Shown here piece by piece: positions 9,391 to 17,836 of a stretch of DNA of 64,000 nucleotides (within the stretch, counting starts at the first letter, position 1; the number at the start of each line of letters is the position of its first letter). Under the pieces are notes generated by a model, which made no database searches, was not told the origin of the DNA, and worked only from the letters and a program-made list of their open reading frames with translations. The DNA comes from Longimicrobiales bacterium (lineage in GTDB: Bacteria > Gemmatimonadota > Gemmatimonadetes > Longimicrobiales > Gaopeijiaceae). The stretch is from NCBI GenBank assembly GCA_035458765.1, contig DATHZE010000048.1, forward strand, positions 4,996 to 68,995, read 5' to 3'. The position numbers and the translations under genes were made by a program.

Positions 9391-10700
9391 GCACGACGCT
9401 CCCCACCTACCTCGATCCTGCCACCCTGCCCTTCCCCTTCTGCCCCGGGTGTGGTCATGGCACGATCCTGGAGCGACTGGACGCCGCTCTGGTGAAGATG
9501 CAGATCGACCCCAGGAAACTCGTCCTGGTCTCGGACATCGGGTGCTCGGGCCTCTCGGACAAGTTCTTCGCCACCAACGCGTTCCACGGGCTCCATGGGC
9601 GGTCCGTGACGTATGCCACCGGCATCAAGCTGGCGAACCCCGAACTCCACGTCGTGGTGCTCATGGGCGACGGAGGCTGTGGCATCGGAGGGCACCACCT
9701 CATCAATGCGGCACGACGCAACATCGGCGTCACCGTGGTGGTGTTCAACAACTTCAACTACGGGATGACGGGGGGGCAGCACTCGGTGGGGACACCGCCG
9801 GAAGGGATCACCTCCACGACGCCGCTTGGGCAGCTGGAGCGCCCCATGGACATCTGCCGGACCGTGGCGGTGAACGGCGCGAGCTTCGTGGCGCGCACCA
9901 CCACCTTCGACCCCGACGTGTCCGATCTCATGGGCCGCGCACTGGCCAACGACGGGTTTTCGCTGGTGGACGTCTGGGAGTTGTGCACCGCCTACTACGC
10001 GCCCACCAACAAGCTCTCCAGGAAGTCCATGCAGGGGCTGCTCGAATCCCTGGCCTTCCCCACCGGCGTGGTGGCCGACGAGAAGCGGCCCGAGTATGCC
10101 AAGGCGTATCGCGCCCAACACGCGGTCGAGTCCGGTCAGGCCGTCGCGGACGTCATGCCGGGCCGACCCATGACCGTGGGGTTCACCGGTGCCCTGGAAC
10201 GCCCGATGTCCTGGATCATCGCCGGAGCCGCCGGCAAGCGCATCGGGTCCGCGGCGGGGGCTCTGGCACGGGGCGGGGTGCTCTCGGGACTGTGGGCCAC
10301 CCAGCGCAACGACTACCCGGTGACCGTGCGCACGGGCTTTTCTCTTTCGGAGGTGATTCTGGCGCCCGAGGAAGTGCTCTTCACAGGAACGTCCTCGCCC
10401 GACGTGGTCCTGGACCTCTTCGCCGAGGGGCATGCCAAGGCGGCGGCACGCATCCGGACGTTGGGCCCCCATGCCCGGGTCTACCGCAACGCCGAGCTTC
10501 CCCCGGTGGAGACCGAGGCCCAGGTCGTGACGCTGGACTTCGCGCAGTGCCGGGGGTGGGAGCGGAAGAAGGAGGCCTGGGCCCTCATGGCCGTGGCCGC
10601 AGCGCTTCGGGATACGGGGGCGTACCCAATGGATGCCCTCCGGGAAGCCGTGGGTGCCTCGGGGGTCGAGGCCCTCGAGGCGGGACTCCTGTCCTTCTGA
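9387..10700 (+). CDS. 2-oxoacid:ferredoxin oxidoreductase beta subunit fused to a C-terminal gamma-like domain
   Basis: FCPGCGHGT and the TPP motif GDGGCGIGG...NNFNYGMTGGQ, then a divergent gamma-type segment WIIAGAAGKRIGSAAGALARGG...YPVTVRTGFSLSEVIL. ATGA overlap with the alpha gene (9387-9390). Confidence 0.85.
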   Translation: MSTTLPTYLDPATLPFPFCPGCGHGTILERLDAALVKMQIDPRKLVLVSDIGCSGLSDKFFATNAFHGLHGRSVTYATGIKLANPELHVVVLMGDGGCGIGGHHLINAARRNIGVTVVVFNNFNYGMTGGQHSVGTPPEGITSTTPLGQLERPMDICRTVAVNGASFVARTTTFDPDVSDLMGRALANDGFSLVDVWELCTAYYAPTNKLSRKSMQGLLESLAFPTGVVADEKRPEYAKAYRAQHAVESGQAVADVMPGRPMTVGFTGALERPMSWIIAGAAGKRIGSAAGALARGGVLSGLWATQRNDYPVTVRTGFSLSEVILAPEEVLFTGTSSPDVVLDLFAEGHAKAAARIRTLGPHARVYRNAELPPVETEAQVVTLDFAQCRGWERKKEAWALMAVAAALRDTGAYPMDALREAVGASGVEALEAGLLSF

Positions 10701-10787
10701 TCAACTCAGCACCTTGCACGCGCCAGGGGTCCTACCGACGATGAGGGTCCCCAACCCGCGATCTATCACCACCGGTACCCACACCAG

Positions 10788-13700
10788 GTGAAATCCATGT
10801 CACGCACGTTGCTTTCCTTTGCCCTGGCGGTCACGCTCGCCGCCTTCTTCGCCGCCCCTGCCACGGCCCAGCGCCGCGGCAACGGTCAGGCTCCGGCTCC
10901 GGTCGACCTGTCCGACTCCACGCTGGTCGGCACCCTCACGCTCAGGTCCATTGGTCCGGCCGTGATGAGCGGTCGCATCGAGGACATCGCGGTGGCCTCG
11001 TCCCACGGATCCCGCGGCGGCGAGCTGGGCACCGTCTTCTACGTCGCGGCGGCCAGCGGCGGGGTGTGGAAGACCACCAACGCCGGCATGAGCTGGAAGC
11101 CCGTTTTCGAGAAGGAAGGCGTGGGCTCCGTCGGTGCCGTCGCCGTGGCGCCCAGCAACTCCGAGACCGTCTGGGTAGGCACCGGCGAGGACAACAACCA
11201 GCGTTCGGTCTCCTACGGCGACGGTGTGTACAAATCCACCGACGGTGGCCAGACGTGGACGAACATGGGGCTGGCATCGTCGCAACAGGTGGGGCGCATC
11301 CGGGTGCACCCGGACAACGCCGACGTGGTCTGGGTCGCTTCGGTGGGACCCATGTGGGCCGCAGGGGGCGAGCGGGGCGTGTTCAAGACCACCGACGGCG
11401 GCGCAACGTGGCGCAGCGTGCTCACGGTGGATCAGTACACCGGGGCCGCGGACCTGGTGCTGGACCCGTCGAACCCCGACGTGATGTACGCCGCGACCCA
11501 CCAACGGGAACGGAGGGCCTTCAACTACGTAGGTGGCGGCCCAGGGAGCGGTATCTGGAAGTCCGTGGATGGGGGTGAAACATGGACCCGCCTCACCGCC
11601 GGGCTCCCAAAGACGGACATGGGCCGCATCGGGCTGGACGTGTCCGCGGCTCATCCCAGCACGGTGTACGCCGTCGTCGAAGGATCCGAGCAGGGGGTGT
11701 ACCGCTCCGACGACGCTGGTGCTTCGTGGCGCAAGATGAGCGACGTAGCCTCCATTCCGTGGTACTTCGGCGAGATCCGTGCCGACCCACGGGATCCCCA
11801 GACCGTCTACCATCTGGGCGTGCAGCTCCAGGTCTCCCACGACGGAGGCGCCACGTGGGAGCGCACGGGTCGCGGGACGCACTCGGACCACCATGCCCTA
11901 TGGATCAACCCGGAGAACCCGGCCCACATCATCAACGGAAACGACGGCGGGCTGTACGTGTCGCGGGACCGTGGCGAGACGTGGGACTTCTCGGTGAATC
12001 TGCCCGTGTCCCAGTTCTACGCGCTGGGCCTGGACATGGCGGAGCCCTTCTTCGGCATCGCCGGCGGGCTTCAGGACAACAGCACGTGGGGCGGGCCCAG
12101 CCGGACCCGGGCGAGCGACGGGATCTTCAACTCGGACTGGTACGCCATGGCGGGTGGCGACGGCTTCTACGCCGCCTTCGACCCCACGGACCCCAACGTC
12201 GCGTACGTGGAGTCCCAGGGGGGCGGAATTCTCCGCTTCGACCGCCGAACCGGCGACAGGAAGGGGATCCAGCCGCGGGCGCCCGAGGGTGAGCCCTCGT
12301 ACCGCTTCAACTGGAGCGCCCCCATCAAGATCTCTCCGTGGGACCACAACACCGTCTACTTCGCGGCGAATCACCTCTTCAAGAGCACCAACCGCGGTGA
12401 TGCGTGGACGGTGCTGGGAGAAGACCTCACGCGGAACATCGACGAGGACAGCCTCCCGCTCATGGGGAAGGTGCAGGCCAGGGACGCCGTGGCCCTGCAC
12501 GAGGGCGTGGTGGACTTCAGCACGATATCGGACATCGACGTTTCCACCGTGCAGCGCGGCCTGCTCCTCACCGGTTCGGACGACGGGGTGGTGGCGGTAT
12601 CCACCGACGACGGGCAGAGCTGGACGAAGCAGATGCGCTTTCCCGGGGTGCCCGACACGGCGTACGTCAGCAAGGTGCGCCTATCGCAACACGACGCGTC
12701 GGTGATGTACGTGACATTCGACAACCACCGCTCCAACGACTTCAAGCCGTACGTCATCAAGAGCGTGGACGGGGGGAGGACCTGGGTCAACATCACGCGT
12801 GACCTGCCGACGTTCGGCAACGTCCGGGCCTTCGCGGAACACCACGCCAACCCGAACCTCCTCTTCGTGGGGACCGAGATGGCGGTGTTCGCCTCCATGG
12901 ACGGGGGAGGAAGCTGGAGTCGGATCCGTGGCGGCATGCCCACGGTGCGGGTGGACGACCTGGCCATCCATCCACGGGACAACGCCCTGGTGGTGGCGAC
13001 GCACGGGCGCGGCTTCTGGATTCTCGATGACCTGGCGCCCCTGGAGCACCTGGCCGACGCCAAGGCGGCCGAACACGCCTATCTGGTACCGGTGAAGTCC
13101 GAGTGGCTCATCGCCCCGGACGGCTCTCCGACCAGCGGAACCCACGCTGCGCGCGACTACGCCGGCGCCAACCCGCCCATGGGGACCGTGGTCTCGTACC
13201 TGCTCAAGAACACGGCCCAGGACATGAAGCTGGAGATCACGACGCCTTCGGGTGAGGTGGTGCGGACGCTGGATGCACCGTCGTCGGCCGGTTTTCACCA
13301 CGTACTCTGGGACTTCCGGATGGACGCGCCCTACTCGGGACCGCCCCAGGAGCGGCAGGCGCCTCAGGGCTTCGGAGGCTTCGGGAGCTTCGGCGGCAGC
13401 GGTAGCGCCCTGGTGGTGCCGGGGCAGTACACGGCGCGCCTCACGGTGGGTGACGCGAGTCAGGAGCGGACCTTCACGGTGAAGAAGGACCCGGAGCTTC
13501 AGCTTACCGACGCGCAGCTCGCCGAGCTGCGCGATGTGCGTCTGCGCCAACTCAGGCTCAACGCCAGGCTCACCATGGCCATCCGCCAGTCCGACGAGCT
13601 GCAGGATCAGATGGCCCAGGCCAAAGCCGCCCTGGACGGCGCCGGGGCGCCGGCGTCGGTCTCGCAGATGGCCGGCGACCTGGAGCGGGACCTCAACGAT

Positions 13701-13982
13701 GTCCGCACCAAGTTGGGTGCGGGTGGAGGCGGTGGCTTCGGTGGAGGCGGGGCGTCCGAGGGACCCAGGAGCCTCAGGACGCTCCTGGGCTACGCCGGCG
13801 GAGTGCTTCGCGCCAACGCCATGCCCACCGAACAGGAGATGGAGGCGCTGAACCTCGTGCCCGACCGGCTCGATGCCGAGGTGGCGCGTCTCAACACGAT
13901 GGTCGGTGAGCGCATGCCTGCGTTCTTCCGGGCCCTGGACGAGGCGGGGGTCCCCTGGACGCCTGGGAGGCCCATCCGGTAG
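10788..13982 (+). CDS. secreted sortilin/VPS10-like BNR (Asp-box) repeat protein
   Basis: Signal peptide ending ATAQ. Repeated S-x-D-x-G-x-T-W Asp-boxes (KSTDGGQTW, KTTDGGATW, KSVDGGETW, RSDDAGASW, VSHDGGATW, STDDGQSW, KSVDGGRTW). Glycine-rich, coiled C-terminal region. The start could instead be ATG 10797. Confidence 0.88.
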   Translation: MKSMSRTLLSFALAVTLAAFFAAPATAQRRGNGQAPAPVDLSDSTLVGTLTLRSIGPAVMSGRIEDIAVASSHGSRGGELGTVFYVAAASGGVWKTTNAGMSWKPVFEKEGVGSVGAVAVAPSNSETVWVGTGEDNNQRSVSYGDGVYKSTDGGQTWTNMGLASSQQVGRIRVHPDNADVVWVASVGPMWAAGGERGVFKTTDGGATWRSVLTVDQYTGAADLVLDPSNPDVMYAATHQRERRAFNYVGGGPGSGIWKSVDGGETWTRLTAGLPKTDMGRIGLDVSAAHPSTVYAVVEGSEQGVYRSDDAGASWRKMSDVASIPWYFGEIRADPRDPQTVYHLGVQLQVSHDGGATWERTGRGTHSDHHALWINPENPAHIINGNDGGLYVSRDRGETWDFSVNLPVSQFYALGLDMAEPFFGIAGGLQDNSTWGGPSRTRASDGIFNSDWYAMAGGDGFYAAFDPTDPNVAYVESQGGGILRFDRRTGDRKGIQPRAPEGEPSYRFNWSAPIKISPWDHNTVYFAANHLFKSTNRGDAWTVLGEDLTRNIDEDSLPLMGKVQARDAVALHEGVVDFSTISDIDVSTVQRGLLLTGSDDGVVAVSTDDGQSWTKQMRFPGVPDTAYVSKVRLSQHDASVMYVTFDNHRSNDFKPYVIKSVDGGRTWVNITRDLPTFGNVRAFAEHHANPNLLFVGTEMAVFASMDGGGSWSRIRGGMPTVRVDDLAIHPRDNALVVATHGRGFWILDDLAPLEHLADAKAAEHAYLVPVKSEWLIAPDGSPTSGTHAARDYAGANPPMGTVVSYLLKNTAQDMKLEITTPSGEVVRTLDAPSSAGFHHVLWDFRMDAPYSGPPQERQAPQGFGGFGSFGGSGSALVVPGQYTARLTVGDASQERTFTVKKDPELQLTDAQLAELRDVRLRQLRLNARLTMAIRQSDELQDQMAQAKAALDGAGAPASVSQMAGDLERDLNDVRTKLGAGGGGGFGGGGASEGPRSLRTLLGYAGGVLRANAMPTEQEMEALNLVPDRLDAEVARLNTMVGERMPAFFRALDEAGVPWTPGRPIR

Positions 13983-14011
13983 GAGCGTCCGGTCGTCCCA
14001 CCCGTACGGAG

Positions 14012-14045
14012 AAGGGGGCGGTCACCGTGTGGTGACCGCCCCCTT
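14012..14045. terminator. bidirectional intrinsic-terminator-like hairpin between convergent genes
   Basis: Perfect 15-bp stem AAGGGGGCGGTCACC / GGTGACCGCCCCCTT with a 4-nt loop GTGT, followed by TTT on the plus strand. Confidence 0.6.
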
Positions 14046-14067
14046 TGAACTGTCCGATCGACCTGGG

Positions 14068-14703
14068 CTACTCGCCGCCCGGAACCACGGCGAACTGATC
14101 GATGAAGTAGAGTTCGTCGAACGTCCTGTTCAGCGTGCGGCTGTTGAAGTTCAGCATTCGCATGCCGCCGGTCCACGCCACCGTGGCGCCGACCGTGACT
14201 TCGGACACGGGTGCCGCGAGCCACAGGGACTGATCCCCGGCGGCGACCAAAAGGTAGGTGTATCCTCCGGAGTTCATCGTCTCCGTGACCTCCCCCTGGA
14301 ACTCAGCCACCCCGACATCCCTGGTGGCGGTCTGGAAGGCACCGGTGAAATAGAGAACGTCGAAGGTCCGACCCACCGAAGCGGCGGTGAAGTCGATCAT
14401 GGCCATGGTGTCGGGCAGGGACACCTGGTCGCCCACCGCGAGAGCCGCGGTGGGGCCGGCGGCCCAGATCTCCCGGTCGCCGGTGTCCAGCAGGGCGAAG
14501 GTGTACCCGCCCCCGTCCATCGTCTCCTGGACGACGCCTGAAAGGACGGATCCGGGCGCACCCATGGCGCTGATGTCCGGGTGCCCTTCAGGGAGGGCAG
14601 CACCCGCCTGTGCGGTGTCGGGCGACTCACCCGGCGCGCACGCGGCCACCGCCACAGCGAGTGCCAGCGCTCCGAAGCAGAGTCCGCGAGCCTGATTCCT
14701 CAT
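14068..14703 (-). CDS. lipoprotein of unknown function with two tandem ~68-aa repeats
   Basis: Lipobox AVAAC. Repeat A (aa 56-123) is GVVQETMDGGGYTF...GRTFDVLYF. Repeat B (aa 137-204) is GEVTETMNSGGYTY...NRTFDELYF. GGAAGGA SD before the ATG. Confidence 0.8.
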   Translation of the reverse strand: MRNQARGLCFGALALAVAVAACAPGESPDTAQAGAALPEGHPDISAMGAPGSVLSGVVQETMDGGGYTFALLDTGDREIWAAGPTAALAVGDQVSLPDTMAMIDFTAASVGRTFDVLYFTGAFQTATRDVGVAEFQGEVTETMNSGGYTYLLVAAGDQSLWLAAPVSEVTVGATVAWTGGMRMLNFNSRTLNRTFDELYFIDQFAVVPGGE

Positions 14704-14830
14704 ATGGTCCTTCCTGATCGATGAAGACTTTTCGGTCGGTCTTCGGTTTTCCGTGGTAAGCAGGGTCCAGTACTCTAGAAGTTAAGGCCTTCAAAGAAAG
14801 CCATCTGTCGGGGTTTTCGCCACGGGGGCG

Positions 14831-17590
14831 TCAGCGTCCCGAGTACGGAAGGCCTTCGGTGATCCAGGGCGCCGGCGGCGCCCCTTTGAGGTAATGGTCC
14901 AGCCACTCCTTCATTTTCATGGCCCAGTCCAGCTTGTTGGCGTATTTCTGGGGATGGTGAGGCTCGTCCCGGTACTGCAGGAAGACGGCCTCCTTGCCCA
15001 GGCGCCGCATCGCGAGGTACAGCTCGATGGACTGATACCAGGGCACTGCATCGTCCTTGTCGCCGTGGAGAATGAGCATCGGCGTGTGGATCCTGTCGGC
15101 GAAGAACACCGGCGAATTGTCGATGTACTCGTCCCGTGCCTCCCACAGACTCCCGCTGAGCCGGCTCTGCCCCTGCTCGTACTGGAACTGCCGGGCCAAT
15201 CCCGAGCCCCATCGGATGCCGGAGTACGCGCTGGTCATGTTGGCCACCGGCGCGCCGGTGACCGCCGTCTTGAAGATGTCGGTCTGGGTCACCACCTGCG
15301 CGGTCTGGTAGCCGCTCCACGAGTGACCGTGGAGGGCCAGGGCGTCGGGGTCGGCCAGCCCGATGTCGATGAGATGCTGGACGCCTGGGACTATGGCTTT
15401 GGTGGCCGAGTATCCGGGACGCCCGATCTCGAAACGCACGTCGGGCAGGAAGACCACGTACCCGTTGGACGCGTAGAGCGGGAAGCTCGGGCGATGGTTC
15501 ACCGCCGGCTCGTTGAACTCGTGGAGCCGCTGGGAGAAGAGCTCGTAGTAATAGACCAGGACCGGATACCGCTTTCCGGGTTCGTAGTCGCCCGGCTTGA
15601 TCACGACGCCCTGGAGCATGGTTCCATCCATGCCGCGCCACTCGGTAAGCTCCGAAGTGCCCCAGGCGAAGTCCGAGATGTTCGGGTTCACGTCGGTGAC
15701 CTTGTGGGCGTCGGAAAGGTCCGGCTTGGCGACCCAAAGATCGGGAAACTCGTCGTAGTCCTCCCTGGTGAACATCAGGACGTCTGCATCCGCGGCTTTG
15801 GCCCTGAACTGGAAGCGCCGGTCCTCCTCGAGGAGGCGCGTGACGCCGGGTCGGTCCATGCGCGCGCCGTAGAAGCCGAAGTTCTTCCGCACGTCGTCGT
15901 AGGAGGACAGGAGGAGCTGGTCCCGCGCTCCGAGGGCCTCGGTCTCGGGATCGGTATCGATGACCCGGAACTTGCGTCGCTCCTGGCGGCCCTTCCCTTC
16001 GGTGAGGTTCCATGCCCGTCCACCGTCGGTGGGGATGACCCAGATGTCGAATTTGTCGTACACGACAACCGCGGCGTCGCCGTCGGTCCATCCGCCCACC
16101 CCGTATCCGCCGGGCTCGTCGGGGGTGTCGTGGTCCTCGTCGGCGAAGTCCACGCCCAGTCCCTGGGTGATGTTGCGCGTCGTCCTGGCTGTAGCGTCAT
16201 AGAGGTGATAGTCCCCGGAGTCCCAGTACGCGACGAAGCGACCTTCCGGTGACAGGTCGGGGCGACCCCCACCCAGGCGCTCGGCCACTTTGGCACGGGC
16301 GCCGGTGGCCACGTCCACCAGGTATACGTCGGTGGCGCCGCCGGTCCACGTCGACTCCCAGCGGTAGGGCAGGTCCGATCGGCCCAGCGCCACCCGTGGA
16401 TTGGTGGGAACGTCGACGTCGGGGAGGTCCAGGCCCGCCAGCGCCACGGTGCTCCCGTCGGCCAGGTGGTGGACCGCCCGGTACGTGCGGTTCTGCTCCC
16501 GGCTCCACACGATCTTCTGCTGCGAATTGATGACCGGATCCTTCCAGTGCCAGACGTCGACGCCGCGCGCGGAGAGGATGGCCTCGGTGTCGTAGGCGTC
16601 GAAGCCGTCCTCGGGTTCGTCCGGTGCGGTCCCCGCGACGGCGGGTTCGTCCGCATGACGCGGCCGCCAGCCGAAGAAGACGTCGCTACCGCTTTCACTC
16701 CATTGAACGGGGGCTCCTACCGGGATGATCCACCCGTCGGTCTCGCTCGCCAGCACCCGGGTGTCGGACCCCTTCCAACTCATGAGCCGGGTGGAGGGGT
16801 CGGGCTTCCCGTCCTCGTCCTCCCGGGTCGCGAGGAAGGCCAGGGCCCCGTCCTTGGACCAGGTCACACTGGAGTAGGCGGCCCGGGCTTCGGCATGGAC
16901 GGTCGTCTCGCTCCCCTGGGCCAGACGCTGGACATGGAGGCCGTCCGTGCCTCCATCCGCCGCCGCGACCGCGTATGCCAGGGCGTCGCCGTCATCGTCG
17001 AACACGTAGCTGCGAACATCCTGGATTTCGCGCTCCGCGCCGCTCGCCAGGTTACGCACCACCAGAACGGTTCCCGGCTTCCGCTTCCCGCTGGCCGCTT
17101 CGGCCCCCGAATCGGGCTCCGCCTGGTAGCGGTGATAGGCCAGCCAGGCGCCGTCGCCGGAGAAGGCGAAGCTCTGCACCTCGGGGAACTCGGTCACCGC
17201 CCCCGTGGGGGTGGCAAGCAGCGCCATGCCCCGGTGCGGCGCGCTTCCCGCTTTGGCGGTTTCCGTGGCCTCGAAGGCGGGGTTCAGCCTCATGGCCACC
17301 CACGCGCCGTCCCTGGAGATGGCCGGGTTGCTGCCCAGGGCCACGACGTAGCGCTGGGCGCCTCGGGTGCTGTGCACCACGACCTCCGGATCCCCCCGGT
17401 CAGGCTGGGCCGTGAACGCGATCCAACGGCCGTCGGCGGCCAGGGAGGCGTTCTCGATCTGCCGCATCCGCATGAGATCGGTGAAGGTGAGCGCCTTCTT
17501 CTGCTGGGCGGCGGCCGGTGCGGCCAGGACCACGAGAAGGAAGAGGCTCACACGAGTGGCGAGCGTCACGGGGCGTGTCGGGGCGGGCAC
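14831..17590 (-). CDS. S9 family serine peptidase (prolyl oligopeptidase/dipeptidyl peptidase type) with N-terminal beta-propeller
   Basis: Nucleophile elbow GHSWSGY, ILHGDKDDAVPW, EPHHP. I use GTG 17590, which has AGGAGG 7 nt upstream and gives a signal peptide (LFLLVVLAAPAAAQQ). The 17591-18694 extension in the track is a shadow of the S46 gene. Confidence 0.88.
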   Translation of the reverse strand: MPAPTRPVTLATRVSLFLLVVLAAPAAAQQKKALTFTDLMRMRQIENASLAADGRWIAFTAQPDRGDPEVVVHSTRGAQRYVVALGSNPAISRDGAWVAMRLNPAFEATETAKAGSAPHRGMALLATPTGAVTEFPEVQSFAFSGDGAWLAYHRYQAEPDSGAEAASGKRKPGTVLVVRNLASGAEREIQDVRSYVFDDDGDALAYAVAAADGGTDGLHVQRLAQGSETTVHAEARAAYSSVTWSKDGALAFLATREDEDGKPDPSTRLMSWKGSDTRVLASETDGWIIPVGAPVQWSESGSDVFFGWRPRHADEPAVAGTAPDEPEDGFDAYDTEAILSARGVDVWHWKDPVINSQQKIVWSREQNRTYRAVHHLADGSTVALAGLDLPDVDVPTNPRVALGRSDLPYRWESTWTGGATDVYLVDVATGARAKVAERLGGGRPDLSPEGRFVAYWDSGDYHLYDATARTTRNITQGLGVDFADEDHDTPDEPGGYGVGGWTDGDAAVVVYDKFDIWVIPTDGGRAWNLTEGKGRQERRKFRVIDTDPETEALGARDQLLLSSYDDVRKNFGFYGARMDRPGVTRLLEEDRRFQFRAKAADADVLMFTREDYDEFPDLWVAKPDLSDAHKVTDVNPNISDFAWGTSELTEWRGMDGTMLQGVVIKPGDYEPGKRYPVLVYYYELFSQRLHEFNEPAVNHRPSFPLYASNGYVVFLPDVRFEIGRPGYSATKAIVPGVQHLIDIGLADPDALALHGHSWSGYQTAQVVTQTDIFKTAVTGAPVANMTSAYSGIRWGSGLARQFQYEQGQSRLSGSLWEARDEYIDNSPVFFADRIHTPMLILHGDKDDAVPWYQSIELYLAMRRLGKEAVFLQYRDEPHHPQKYANKLDWAMKMKEWLDHYLKGAPPAPWITEGLPYSGR

Positions 17591-17836
17591 GGCCGACCCT
17601 CCTGAGGTCCGGGAGAACAAGGCGGGACTCGAGGCGAAACTACCCGGGAACGTGGCTCCGGAAGATTGAGGTGGCAATGACTCGAACCCCCTCGGACCAT
17701 TACCTTTCCACGTCGGGTAGCGCCCCTTGCAGGGTTCGTCCCGCACCTCGCTCTGCGGCGCGGTTCCCTCCTGCGTTACGCACTCGTGCATGCCTCGGTG
17801 GCGCTCCCAATCCACAGGATCTGGAGGAGCGGTTCC

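Noticed and set aside
13720-13760. GGN-rich tracts (here and at 45276-45308) considered as tandem repeats or array-like elements.
   Set aside because: They lie in frame inside confident CDSs and encode poly-Gly linkers. There is no spacer/repeat organisation.
17668-17749. tRNA-like signal on the minus strand in the S9/S46 intergenic region (GGTTCGAGTC T-loop-like motif, with complementary GAGGTG.../...CACCTC ends).
   Set aside because: The T-stem cannot pair (GGGGG versus CATTG). There is no D-arm or anticodon-arm geometry, and the 82-nt length does not fit a cloverleaf.
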